Shown here: piece by piece, positions 19,036 through 28,442 of the stretch
Layout: every line of letters begins with the position of its first letter
Position numbering within the stretch: the first letter of the stretch is position 1
NCBI GenBank assembly: GCA_963789865.1
Contig: CAWBMD010000005.1
Span: forward strand, 15,465-79,464
Direction of reading: 5' to 3'
From: an uncultured Chloroflexia bacterium
GTDB taxonomy: Bacteria; Chloroflexota; Limnocylindria; Limnocylindrales; CSP1-4
Length of the DNA: 64,000 nucleotides
The notes under the pieces: generated by a model
What the model was told of the DNA's origin: nothing
What the model saw: the letters and a program-made list of their open reading frames with translations, nothing else
The model's database searches: none
Program-made: the position numbers and the translations under genes

Positions 19036-20865
19036 TCAGGCGGGAAGGGTCTCGGCGAACTGCAGGCGGTACAGGCGGGCGTAGAGACCCTCGAGGGCCA
19101 GCAGCTCCTCGTGGGTACCCAGCTCCACGAGCCAGCCGTCGTCCAGGACGGCGATGCGGTGGGCCGCCCGGATCGTGGACAGGCGATGCGCCACGATGAT
19201 CGTCGTCCGTCCGACCTTGAGCCGGTCGAGGGCCTCCTGGACGAGCCTCTCGGACTCGTTGTCGAGCGAGCTCGTCGCCTCGTCCAGGAGCAGGATCGGC
19301 GGATCCTTGAGGATCGCCCGGGCGATGGCCACGCGCTGGCGCTGGCCGCCGGAGAGACGCGAGCCCCTGTCCCCCACCAGGGTGTCGTAGCCGTCCGGGA
19401 GAGCCATGATGAACTCGTGGGCGTTGGCCGAGCTGGCCGCCGCGACGATCTCGTCCTGGGTGGCCGCGAGGCGGCCGTAGCGGATGTTGTCGCGGACGGT
19501 GCCACCGAACAGCGTGGCTTCCTGCGGCACGAGGCCGATCCGCTCGCGGAGGCTCGCGGTGGTGACGCTCCGCACGTCACGGCCGTCGATGCGGATCGTG
19601 CCCGCGGTGGTGTCCCAGAGCCGCGGCACGAGGCTCACGAGCGTGGTCTTGCCGGCGCCCGAGGGACCGACCAGCGCGAGGACCTCGCCGGCGGCGACGC
19701 TCAGGCTGACATCCCGCAGGACCGGGTTCGCCCCGTCGTACGCAAAGCTGACGCCGTCAATGCCGATCGCTCCGTCCACGTGTCCGATCTCGATCGCGTC
19801 CGGGGCGTCGACGATCGTCGGCTGGGTGTCGATGAGCTCGAAGACCCGGGTCACAGCACCCGTGCCCTCGCGGAACTGGCCGTACAGGCCGGCGATGGTC
19901 GCGAGGCTGCCGCCGATGGTGATCCCATACAGCAGGAACCCTGTCAGCGTGCCGACCCCAAGGCTCCCCTCGATCACGCGGTGGCCGGTGTACCAGAGAA
20001 GGACCGCGATGGCCCCGAACCCGAGGAACCCCATGAGCGCCCCGAAGCCCGCGCGCCACAGGGCCAGGCGCGTGCCCGCCGCGACGACCCCGGCCAGGTT
20101 CCCGCCGTAGCGGGCGACCTCGAACGACTCACGCACGTAGCTCTTGACCACGCGGATGCCGGACAGCGCCTCCTCCGCGGTGACCGTGCTGTGGGCGATG
20201 GCGTCCTGGACCTCGGTGCTCACGCGCTGGAGCGGGCGGCCGAACACGATGGCGACCGCGATCAGGGCCGGAGCCAGCACGAGCACCACCGCCAGGAGCG
20301 TCGGGCTGAGCAGGAACAGGATGAAGACCGCGCCGATGAGGCCGATCAGGGACGACAGCAGGGAGGTCGTGGTCTGCGTGAGCATCGTCCGGATGAGGGT
20401 GACGTCGCTCGAGAGACGGGAGACCAGCTCCCCCACCCGGTTTCGGCCGTGGAAGTCCAGCGACAGGGTCACGAGACGCTCGAACAGCTCGCCCCGCAGG
20501 CGCGCGACCATCCGCTCGCCCACGACGCCGAGGAAGTAGCCCTGGACGAACCCGCCGAGCGATTGCGCGAGGAACAGGACGACCAGGGCAGCGATCAGCC
20601 GGTCGAGCGTCGCCGCGTCGCCGCCGGCCACGACCGAGGCGACGAGTCCCGCGACCACGAGCGGCACGAGGAGCGAGAGTCCTGATCCGATGACCAGGCC
20701 CACGAGCGCGATCGAGAACGGGCGCCATTGGGGCCGGAGGTAGCCGAACAGGCGGCGCCACGGGACCCCGCCAAGGCCACGGACGCCTCGCGCCACATCC
20801 CGGGACCGCGATGGAGCCGCGTCCGGCATGGCCGGAGGGTCGTCGGCGGAGTCGCTCGGATCCAT
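19036..20865 (-). CDS. ABC transporter ATP-binding/permease fusion (exporter, MsbA/drug-exporter type)
   Basis: Six-TM N-terminal half. Walker A GPSGAGKTT, signature LSGGQRQRVAIARAIL, Walker B ILLLDEATSSLD, H-loop IIVAHRLST. Confidence 0.9.
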   Translation of the reverse strand: MDPSDSADDPPAMPDAAPSRSRDVARGVRGLGGVPWRRLFGYLRPQWRPFSIALVGLVIGSGLSLLVPLVVAGLVASVVAGGDAATLDRLIAALVVLFLAQSLGGFVQGYFLGVVGERMVARLRGELFERLVTLSLDFHGRNRVGELVSRLSSDVTLIRTMLTQTTTSLLSSLIGLIGAVFILFLLSPTLLAVVLVLAPALIAVAIVFGRPLQRVSTEVQDAIAHSTVTAEEALSGIRVVKSYVRESFEVARYGGNLAGVVAAGTRLALWRAGFGALMGFLGFGAIAVLLWYTGHRVIEGSLGVGTLTGFLLYGITIGGSLATIAGLYGQFREGTGAVTRVFELIDTQPTIVDAPDAIEIGHVDGAIGIDGVSFAYDGANPVLRDVSLSVAAGEVLALVGPSGAGKTTLVSLVPRLWDTTAGTIRIDGRDVRSVTTASLRERIGLVPQEATLFGGTVRDNIRYGRLAATQDEIVAAASSANAHEFIMALPDGYDTLVGDRGSRLSGGQRQRVAIARAILKDPPILLLDEATSSLDNESERLVQEALDRLKVGRTTIIVAHRLSTIRAAHRIAVLDDGWLVELGTHEELLALEGLYARLYRLQFAETLPA

Positions 20866-21112
20866 GGCCTGATCATGGCATGGCGCGCAGGACCGGTCCG
20901 GGGTCACCGGCAGTCAGCGCGGGCACGCCGGCCTGGTTCCCGCAGGCGACAGGGCCCGACAACAGTGCCGTCACCGCCTGGCCGACCGCCATCGCGGGTC
21001 AGGTCGGGCCATCCTCGTGAGCGCGATCGGGGCGAAGGTGATGGTGCGTCCGGACCTCAACGGTGCCGCCGCCCGGAGGTTCCGCCACGGGCCCAGCCGA
21101 CGAGGTCCGGGG

Positions 21113-22135
21113 TCAGGCGTGGAACACCTGCAGGGCGGCCCGCTCCTCCTCGATCGAGTCGCGCTCGGCGGACGACAGCGGACGGAACGGATCCACGACG
21201 ACGGCGCCATCGCGGAGGCTCCAGCCGGCGACCACGCGACCGTCCACGAGCACCGTGCCCACGGAGAAGGGCTGGCGGGTGTTGAAGACACGTGCCCGGT
21301 GCTCCTCGGCCAGCAGGCCCGTCCGCCGGGCGTGGACCAGGAGCAGGGCGTCCCAGTGCGGCAGGAACCGGACCGGGGCTGCAATCTCCGGATCCGGGAG
21401 CGGGGCGCCGGCGAGGTCGAGGAGCTCGCGACCGAGCTCGTCGGCATAGCGGACGAGGTCGAGGGACGCTTCAGCCAGGCGCAGCTCCCCCACGCCGACA
21501 CCGGCCCACGTGGAGATGGCCTTCCAGGGTGCCGGGCCGAACGCCCGGAGGTATGCACGGACCAGGTGGGCAACACCCCCCTCTTCCGTGGCGTCGCACG
21601 GGCCGATCCACGTTTCCGCGAGTCCCAGCCGGTCGGCACGACGTCGCTCCCAGGTGCCCGACGGCGGCACGCGGACAAGGTCCAGCCAGGCCCCGACGTG
21701 GCCCGCGAACCCGGCCGCGGCGTCGCCCAGGTCCCTGACGTCCTGGGGGCCGGCGACGAGGCGTTCGCGGAGTGACGCCGCCGCGGCGAGCTGCGACGCC
21801 TCGTCCGTCCCGGTTCCGACGCGGAGGCTCCAGGCCCTTCGCGCGGCCCGGATGCCCACCGCGTACCGCCAGTACTCCCGGGCGGTGACCAGGTGGATGG
21901 TCGCCCGAAGGAGCGTCCCCTGGACCACCGTCCGCGTCTCGAGGGCGGAAGTCAGGTCCACGCGGGCGAACCCCGCGACGCGGCTCCACAGCCCCACGTA
22001 CCCGGACGGGGCGTACTGGGCCTGCAGGCCGCCGACGAGGTCGAGGGCGTCTTCGACCGCCAGGTCAGCGCGCTCGAGCAGCAGCTGCCGGGCGAGCGCG
22101 GCCCTGTTGAGCTGGCGGGCGGAGAGGACGCGCAT
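21113..22135 (-). CDS. winged-helix DNA-binding domain protein (YcaQ/AlkZ-like, HTH_42)
   Basis: MRVLSARQLNRAALARQLLLER…ALDLVGGLQAQYAPSGYVGLWSRV…TLLRATIHLV…, the characteristic N-terminus of the YcaQ/AlkZ-like family. Confidence 0.75.
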   Translation of the reverse strand: MRVLSARQLNRAALARQLLLERADLAVEDALDLVGGLQAQYAPSGYVGLWSRVAGFARVDLTSALETRTVVQGTLLRATIHLVTAREYWRYAVGIRAARRAWSLRVGTGTDEASQLAAAASLRERLVAGPQDVRDLGDAAAGFAGHVGAWLDLVRVPPSGTWERRRADRLGLAETWIGPCDATEEGGVAHLVRAYLRAFGPAPWKAISTWAGVGVGELRLAEASLDLVRYADELGRELLDLAGAPLPDPEIAAPVRFLPHWDALLLVHARRTGLLAEEHRARVFNTRQPFSVGTVLVDGRVVAGWSLRDGAVVVDPFRPLSSAERDSIEEERAALQVFHA

Positions 22136-22144
22136 CGCGCGATC

Positions 22145-23556
22145 CTACCGGGTCCCGGGGCGGATCCGCGGGCGTGTCGCAGCTGACGGGAGAGACTCGC
22201 CGGCGACGAACCGCTTCATCAGCGCGGTGTAGGCGGGCAGGCCTCGTTCGTAGCCGATGGCCCAGAACCCGGCCCCGGCGAAGCCATTGAGGTTGGCCAG
22301 CTCCAGCTTCGGCGCGAGCGTTGCCGGCGAGTCAACGTACACGGCCGTCCACGATGATTCCGGGGACGGGGTCGCGGAACCGGGTGCGGGCGAACCTGGT
22401 GCGGGCGTGCCGCCGACCGCCCCCGGTGATTGCGAGCCGGGTGACGGCGTGCCGGGTAACGGCGAGCCAGCTAGCGTCGAGCCGGGTGCCGATTGCTCGG
22501 ATGACGGTGCGCCGGTGCTCCCGTCGGATCCGAAGGCGTATACCTCCACCATCTCCTGCTCGTCTCGGACCGGCACGATCGACGGGTCCGTGAGCACGTC
22601 GAGATGGCGGCGCAGGATCCAGGCGGCGCCCCGGCCGGTCTCGGGGGCACCCACCGCGGGTCCGGCCACCGGCCAGCTCATGCCGTACAGCGGCAATCCG
22701 AGCAGGGTCCGCTCGGGTGGCACGCCGGCGGCCGCGTACAGGTCGATCGACCAGGCGAGGTCGCGCTCCCCGTCGCGGCTGTGCAGCGGCGACGTCGCCC
22801 CCGGCGCGGAGCCGGCGACCGCGTAGTCGTAGCCCATGAGGAACACCCGGTCGGTCCCCGCGGTCGACAGCCGCTGCGGCCATCGCGGCCCCGAGCACAC
22901 CCCCGGAGGTGGCCACCGTCACGCGATCGCCAGGGTCCGCCGCGACCACCGCGTCCCGGAGCCGGCCCACGAACGACGTCGTACTCGCCGACGGACAGCG
23001 GGTCGAGCCCCTCGACGTCCACGTTGATGCCGTCGAGCCCGAGGCGGCCGACCAGGGCGACCAGCGACGTGATCGTGGCGTCCTGGCGGACCCTGTTCGC
23101 GAAGAGCGACCGGTTGCGCGGCCCGCCGAAGCTCGTGAACACGAGCTCGACCCGGACGCCGCGGGCGTGCGCCTCCCGGATGATCTGCGTCCCGGGGTCC
23201 CCGGTGATCCGCTTGTAGCCGGCCTGGCCGGTGTTCAGCGTGCCCTTGGCGGTGTCGGTCACGCTGAACAGGGCGAGCGTCGTCAGCGGCGTCGTTGCGA
23301 GGTGGCCCGCAATCGTGCCGTCCATCTCCCAGTACGGCAGGAAGCCGTACAGCTCGTGGCCGGGGGACGGACGCGGCGTGGCCGAGGGACCATCGGACCC
23401 GGCCGGCGCGTCGGGTCCGCCCGTGGCCGCCGCAGACGCCACGCTCGCGCTTGGGGCAGGCTGCGGCGCCGGCCCACATGCCACCAGGAGCGTCGCGCCC
23501 AGGGCCAGGGCGAGCAGGTTGCGCTCGGCAGCCCGCCGGCGGCTCGTCAACTTCAC
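22145..23556 (-). CDS. glycoside hydrolase family 18 (chitinase-like) lipoprotein. Two apparent frameshifts (~22975, ~22840).
   Basis: Lipoprotein signal (V)KLTSRRRAAERNLLALALGATLLVACG. GH18 catalytic motif LGLDGINVDVE (DxxDxDxE). C-terminal part …VFLMGYDYA…GFAGAGFWAIGYE… Pieces are spread over three frames. Confidence 0.8.
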
Positions 23557-23685
23557 CGACCCAGCGTGAGGCCCATTGCCGTGCCGGTCAAACGCTCCCG
23601 ACCCGGGTTGCGGAATCTTCGCCTCCGCGGGGTTGACCTGCCGCTGACTGAGCGGCAACATGCTTGGCAGGGAAGGAGGTGCTCG

Positions 23686-23928
23686 ATGAGCATGCTTCAC
23701 CTCGATGACACGGCGCGGACCGGTGCGACCGCATCGGGTGCCTTGGAGCGGAGGGCTCTCGTCCTCTGGCCCAGGCTCGACCCCGCGGCTCTCCACCGCT
23801 GCGGGCACGATCCCCGCCGGATCGCAGCCCTCGTCTCCCGACGCACCTCGATGCCGACCGAAGCTATCGTGCAGGTGTTGACGATGCCCGCGATCGAGGA
23901 CTGCGAGATCGAAACCTGGTTCGGCTGA
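23686..23928 (+). CDS. small hypothetical protein (80 aa)
   Basis: Strong SD-like GGAAGGAGG 7 nt upstream of the ATG at 23686. Product MSMLHLDDTARTGATASGALERRALVLWPRLDPAALHRCGHDPRRIAALVSRRTSMPTEAIVQVLTMPAIEDCEIETWFG; codon third-position GC-rich. Confidence 0.55.
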   Translation: MSMLHLDDTARTGATASGALERRALVLWPRLDPAALHRCGHDPRRIAALVSRRTSMPTEAIVQVLTMPAIEDCEIETWFG

Positions 23929-23956
23929 TCTCCTGCTGATCTCCTGCTGATCTCCG
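23927..23956. repeat. 11-mer (tgatctcctgc) x ~2.7 tandem repeat starting at the stop codon of the small-protein gene
   Basis: Read directly from the sequence. Confidence 0.7.
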
Positions 23957-23993
23957 GACCTTCGTCCCGGCCCGAGTCCTTACAATCGCCGGG

Positions 23994-24926
23994 ATGCCGC
24001 CGTCTCCCCCGCTTCCGACAACCGCTGAGGCGACCGTGATCCCCGCTGTCCAGCGTCCGTCGGTGGGCAGCAACCGCCGGCACCTGGCGATCGTGCTCGG
24101 CGTTGCCCTCGTTGCACTTGGGGCGGACATCGTGGCCGCGTGGCTGTCGGGCAGCCTCGCCCTCGTGGCGGACGCGGCCCACAGGGTGACGGACGTGATC
24201 GGGATCACCATTGCGTTCGCGGCCGCGACGATCGCCGCGCGTCCGGCGTCCCACGACCGGTCCTTCGGCTACGCACGCGCGGAGGTCCTCGCAGCATGCG
24301 TCAACGCGGGGCTCCTGGTCGCCCTCGGCGTCTTCATCGCCTACGAGGCCGTGATCCGGCTCATGGAGCCCGAGACCCCGGAGCCCGGCCCCATGATCGT
24401 GGCCGCGGTCATCGGCCTTGTCGGCTCCGGCACCGCGGCATTCGTCCTGCGCAAGGAGCATCACGGGTTCGCCGCCCGCGGAGCGTTCCTGGATGTGCTC
24501 GGCGACGCGATCGGGTCGGTCGCGGCGATCGTCGCGGGGATCCTGGTCCTGTTCACGGGCTGGCCCCTCGCCGACCCCCTGGCGTCGCTGGCCGTCGTCT
24601 GTCTCGTCGTGCCACGAGCCCTGCTCCTCCTGCGCGATGCGATGCTCGTCCTGATGGAGTCCGTGCCTCCGGGACTCTCGCTCCCGGCGGTCCGCAGCCG
24701 GATCATGGCGGTGCAGGGCGTCGCAGCCGTGCACGACCTCCACGCCTGGCAGATCACCGCCGGGCTGCCGATGATCACCGCCCACGTGACGATCGTCGAC
24801 GGGGCCGACCCGCACGCGATCCTGCACGCCGTCGACATCTGCCTGGCCGACGACTTCGGCGTCGAGCACAGCACGATCCAGGTGGAGCACATCTCGCGCC
24901 CCATGGAGTCGGACGCGCACGCCTGA
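23994..24926 (+). CDS. cation diffusion facilitator (CDF) family metal efflux transporter
   Basis: …LVADAAHRVTDVIG…, HD… motifs, six TM, C-terminal cytoplasmic domain …VHDLHAWQITAG…, typical CzcD/ZitB. Confidence 0.9.
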   Translation: MPPSPPLPTTAEATVIPAVQRPSVGSNRRHLAIVLGVALVALGADIVAAWLSGSLALVADAAHRVTDVIGITIAFAAATIAARPASHDRSFGYARAEVLAACVNAGLLVALGVFIAYEAVIRLMEPETPEPGPMIVAAVIGLVGSGTAAFVLRKEHHGFAARGAFLDVLGDAIGSVAAIVAGILVLFTGWPLADPLASLAVVCLVVPRALLLLRDAMLVLMESVPPGLSLPAVRSRIMAVQGVAAVHDLHAWQITAGLPMITAHVTIVDGADPHAILHAVDICLADDFGVEHSTIQVEHISRPMESDAHA

Positions 24927-24944
24927 TCGCCTGATCGCCTGATC
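24921..24944. repeat. 8-mer x3 tandem repeat (gcctgatc) spanning the stop codon of the CDF gene
   Basis: Read directly. Followed by the inverted repeat cctgatc…gatcagg (24937-24990), a likely bidirectional terminator between the convergent CDF and ECF-T genes. Confidence 0.7.
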
Positions 24945-25051
24945 AATAAGCCCTCGATCGGCCCCTGGCCCGGATCAGGCAGCAGTCGCCGACCTCAGAC
25001 CGCGATTGCCGCCGTGCCCCGGCGGTCGCGTCGCACGCCGGTGGCGTCCGG

Positions 25052-25948
25052 TCAGCCGCGGGCCAGCGCCCGGAGCCCGGACGCCATGACCACCACGAAC
25101 ACCACGACGGCGGCGAGGACGATCCCGACCGCGATCGTCGGTGGCAGGGCGATCGTGGCCGCCTGCTCGCCACCCCATCGCGTGACGGCCATCACGGTGC
25201 CCGCGATCGTCGCGAGGACCGCCACCGCGGTCGCGGCGAGGTCCACTGGTCGCAGGTCGACTCGCCGGTACGACGTCCTCGGCCCGGCGCCCAGGCCGCG
25301 AGCCTCCAGGCTGAGGACGAGCGTCGAGAGACGGTCGAAGGAGCCGGAGACGACGGGAACCAGGGTCGGGACGAGAGCGCCGATCCCGGTCGCGCGCAGG
25401 CCCCGCGAGCGTTGCGCCTGGAGCACCACCCCGAGCTCATGTCGGAGCTGCGGGATGAGCTGCAGCGACAGCATCGCCATCAGCGACACCTCGTAGGGGA
25501 GGCGCAGCCGGCGCAGCGTCGCGAACAGGTCGGAGGGGTGTGTCGTCGCCAGCATCGCGACCCCGACGGTCTCCATCGCGAGCAGGCGGGCAACGAGCGC
25601 CAGGGCGTGCGACATGCCCTCCTGGTACACCGTCAGTGGCCCGAGGCTCGCGACCGGGGTGCACACCGTCCGGCAGGCGACCGGGGCAAGCGCCTGCAGG
25701 ACGATCAGGGAGGCGGCGACGGGCGCGAGCGCGATCACGGTCCGTGCTGCGGCGCGGCCGACGCGAGCCGATGCCGCGAGGAGGAACCCGAGGGTCGCGA
25801 TGACGGCCAGGACGACAGGGTCCCAGGTCGCGAGGACCACGACGACGCAGCCGGCGAGCCAGGCGAGCTTCGGCAGCGGGCTGGCCCGGTGGAGCCAGGA
25901 GCGCCCCGGGACGTAGCCCAGCAGCGCATCGGCGCCCATTCCCGTCAC
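25052..25948 (-). CDS. ECF transporter transmembrane (T) component (EcfT/CbiQ family)
   Basis: Polytopic membrane protein downstream of two ABC ATPases in the same operon. Ends with the conserved Arg-rich coupling region …LQAQRSRGL…. Confidence 0.8.
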   Translation of the reverse strand: MTGMGADALLGYVPGRSWLHRASPLPKLAWLAGCVVVVLATWDPVVLAVIATLGFLLAASARVGRAAARTVIALAPVAASLIVLQALAPVACRTVCTPVASLGPLTVYQEGMSHALALVARLLAMETVGVAMLATTHPSDLFATLRRLRLPYEVSLMAMLSLQLIPQLRHELGVVLQAQRSRGLRATGIGALVPTLVPVVSGSFDRLSTLVLSLEARGLGAGPRTSYRRVDLRPVDLAATAVAVLATIAGTVMAVTRWGGEQAATIALPPTIAVGIVLAAVVVFVVVMASGLRALARG

Positions 25949-26793
25949 GGCGGCCTCTCGCGTGACGATCGCGCCACCGCGAGCTCCCCGACCAGCTCCG
26001 CCACGTCCAGCACCGCGGGAAGGCCGTGGCGCTGCGGCAGCGCGAGGCCGAGCCGCGTGACCTGCGGAGCCAGGAGCCCCCCGGCTTCCAGCATGCCCTC
26101 GTCCGCGAAGACCGACCTGGGTGCGCCGGCCGCGACGATCCGCCCGGCCCCCATAACCACGATCCGGTCCGAGACGGCTGCCAGCAGTCGCATGTCGTGG
26201 GAGATGCAGATCACCGCCACGCCGTCGGCGCGGAGGTCGCCCACGATGCCCGCCACGACGGCCGTCACGCGGTGGTCCTGCCCGGTCGTGGGCTCGTCCA
26301 GCACCAGCACGCGCGGCTCCATCGCCAGGACCGACGCGAGCGCGACGAGCCGCCGGCGCGGCGCCGGCAGCTCAAAGGGCGACAGGGCAAGCACGTCGCC
26401 CAGGCCCAGGCGCGCGGTCACGCGCGCCACGCGCTCCCGAACCTCCGGGTCCGGCAGCCCGAGGTTCCGCGGCCCGAATGCAAGCTCCTCCGTGACGGTC
26501 CTCGCAAACAGCTGCGCGCGCGGGTGCTGGAACACCAGGCCCACGGTTCTGGCGAGCTCGTGGACCTCGTGCTGGCGCGTGTCGAGGCCGTCGACCGTGA
26601 CGGTCCCTGACACCGGGCGGAGGAGCCCGTTGAGGAGCCGCGCCAGCGTGGACTTCCCCGCTCCGTTCGCGCCCGCGATCCCGACGACGCTGCCCGGGCC
26701 GACGTCCAGGGTGACCCCGTCCACGGCGACCGCTCCCCCGGGGTAGCGGTAGCTCGCCTCCCGGAGGACGATGACCGCTCCTGCGCCGGTCAC
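25945..26793 (-). CDS. ECF transporter ATPase (EcfA')
   Basis: Walker A GANGAGKST, Q-loop, signature …, Walker B LVLDEPTTGQD, H-loop ISHD. Confidence 0.9.
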   Translation of the reverse strand: MTGAGAVIVLREASYRYPGGAVAVDGVTLDVGPGSVVGIAGANGAGKSTLARLLNGLLRPVSGTVTVDGLDTRQHEVHELARTVGLVFQHPRAQLFARTVTEELAFGPRNLGLPDPEVRERVARVTARLGLGDVLALSPFELPAPRRRLVALASVLAMEPRVLVLDEPTTGQDHRVTAVVAGIVGDLRADGVAVICISHDMRLLAAVSDRIVVMGAGRIVAAGAPRSVFADEGMLEAGGLLAPQVTRLGLALPQRHGLPAVLDVAELVGELAVARSSRERPP

Positions 26794-27680
26794 GGGACCT
26801 CCGCCAGCCAGCGGATGGCGTCGTCGAGGGTCACGGGCAGGGACCCTCCGGCCTCGCCGGCGAGCGCCGCCGCGACCGCCGTGACATCCGGCACCCGGAC
26901 CCCGGCCTCACGCATGACCGATACCGCGCCGAACACCGTCGCGGGCGAGCCAACAGCGACCAGCATCCCCTCGTGCAGCACGAGGATCCGGTCGGCGCGC
27001 TCGGCCAGGAGCTCCACGTCATGCTCCACGACCACGATCGCAGTGCCATCCCCCACGGCGGCCTCGTGGAGCAGGTCGAAGACCGCGGCGCGTGATCGGG
27101 CGTCGAGCCCGCACGTCGGCTCGTCCAGGACCAGGACCTGGGGGCGGATCGCGAGCGCGCAGGCGAGGGCAAGACGCTGCTGCTCGCCGCCCGAGAGACT
27201 CAGCGGTGGGCGGTCCTGCATGCCGCCGAGCCCGACCCGGGCGAGGATGTCGTCCACCCTGACCACCATCTCGGCGTACGGGACGGCCATCGACTCGAGG
27301 CCCAGAGCCACCTCCTCGCCCACGGTTCCCTGGCTGAGCTGCGCGCCGGGCTCGTCGAACACGATCCCGACCGTCGACGCGAGCCTGCGGACCGGCGTCC
27401 GCAGGGCATCCGCCCCGTTCACGGTCACGGAGCCGGCGACGTTCGCCGGGACCAGCTGTGGAACGATGCCGTTGAGGCATCGGCTCAATGTGGACTTCCC
27501 CGCCCCGTTCAGCCCCACCAGGCCCACCAGCTCGCCCTGCCAGAGGTCGAAGCTGATGCCCGCCAGGGCATCCGACTGTGCCGACCCGTAGCGCACGCGC
27601 AAGTCGCGGACGGACAGCACCGGCGCCATCGGGTTTCCGGTGCGGGCCCGGCTCCCGTCCCGGCGCGGGATCACGGTCAT
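26790..27680 (-). CDS. ECF transporter ATPase (EcfA)
   Basis: Walker A GLNGAGKST, signature LSGGEQQRLALA, Walker B LVLDEPTCGLD, H-loop VVEHD. Confidence 0.9.
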   Translation of the reverse strand: MTVIPRRDGSRARTGNPMAPVLSVRDLRVRYGSAQSDALAGISFDLWQGELVGLVGLNGAGKSTLSRCLNGIVPQLVPANVAGSVTVNGADALRTPVRRLASTVGIVFDEPGAQLSQGTVGEEVALGLESMAVPYAEMVVRVDDILARVGLGGMQDRPPLSLSGGEQQRLALACALAIRPQVLVLDEPTCGLDARSRAAVFDLLHEAAVGDGTAIVVVEHDVELLAERADRILVLHEGMLVAVGSPATVFGAVSVMREAGVRVPDVTAVAAALAGEAGGSLPVTLDDAIRWLAEVP

Positions 27681-27683
27681 GCG

Positions 27684-28367
27684 TCAGGCGGGCGGCTGGA
27701 GGACGACGACGACGAGCGCGAGTGCCACGCCAACCAGGATCCCGACCAGGGCCGCGACCAGCCGCCGGGTGCCCGGTTGCTCGGGGAGGACCGCGCGCGC
27801 CGCCACCGCCGCTGGCAGCGCCGCGGTGAGCGCCAGGCCCGTGTACGCGGAGATGACCTTGTCCGGGACCGAGGACAGGACGCTGGACACCAGCGTGGCG
27901 CGCTCCAGCCCGAAGCTGGCGAGCGCGGCCGTGATCAGGTCAGACGGATGGCCGGTGGCCCCGCCGTACAGATACAGCACGATCGGCGTGGCCAGGACGC
28001 CGGTCACGACACCGACGACGACGGCCAGCAGGAAGAACAGCACGTCGCTGCGCCCCAGGCCCAGTGACCGGATGCCGTAGCCCCAGAGCAGGGCGGCCGC
28101 CATGTTGACGGGGGCGAACATGAGGTTCGAGACGCCGTTGGGCACGACCCCGACTGCGTTGGTGAGCAGGCCCGTGAGTGCGCCCCACCATGGACCGAGG
28201 AGCACGGCCGCCAGGAACGTCCCGATCGTGTCGAGATAGATCGGCAGCCGCAGGAGGCTCGCGGCCCAGTTGGCCACGAAGTTGATGGCGACCGCGAGCG
28301 GGACCAGCGTGATGACGAGCGCGGCGGGCGGTCTGCCCCCGCGTGTCGTGTCCGTCCAGGCCGCCAT
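27684..28367 (-). CDS. ECF transporter substrate-specific (S) component, substrate unknown
   Basis: Six-TM small membrane protein immediately upstream of the EcfA/A'/T genes; LLGPWWGALTGLL…. Confidence 0.75.
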   Translation of the reverse strand: MAAWTDTTRGGRPPAALVITLVPLAVAINFVANWAASLLRLPIYLDTIGTFLAAVLLGPWWGALTGLLTNAVGVVPNGVSNLMFAPVNMAAALLWGYGIRSLGLGRSDVLFFLLAVVVGVVTGVLATPIVLYLYGGATGHPSDLITAALASFGLERATLVSSVLSSVPDKVISAYTGLALTAALPAAVAARAVLPEQPGTRRLVAALVGILVGVALALVVVVLQPPA

Positions 28368-28404
28368 GCCGCGTGAGCGCCTCCCTGTCCGACGGTCATT
28401 CGTC

Positions 28405-28427
28405 GTCCCGTGGACACTGTACGGGAC
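28405..28427 (-). terminator. hairpin between DUF3052 gene and the ECF S-component gene
   Basis: gtcccgt-(9 nt)-acgggac in the 75-nt spacer, followed by a GGGAGG-like SD before the S-component ATG. Confidence 0.35.
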
Positions 28428-28442
28428 GGTTGGTACGGCCGT

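Noticed and set aside
28400-28440. Possible riboswitch upstream of the ECF S component
   Set aside because: The spacer is only 75 nt and shows a simple hairpin, with no conserved riboswitch core that I recognise.
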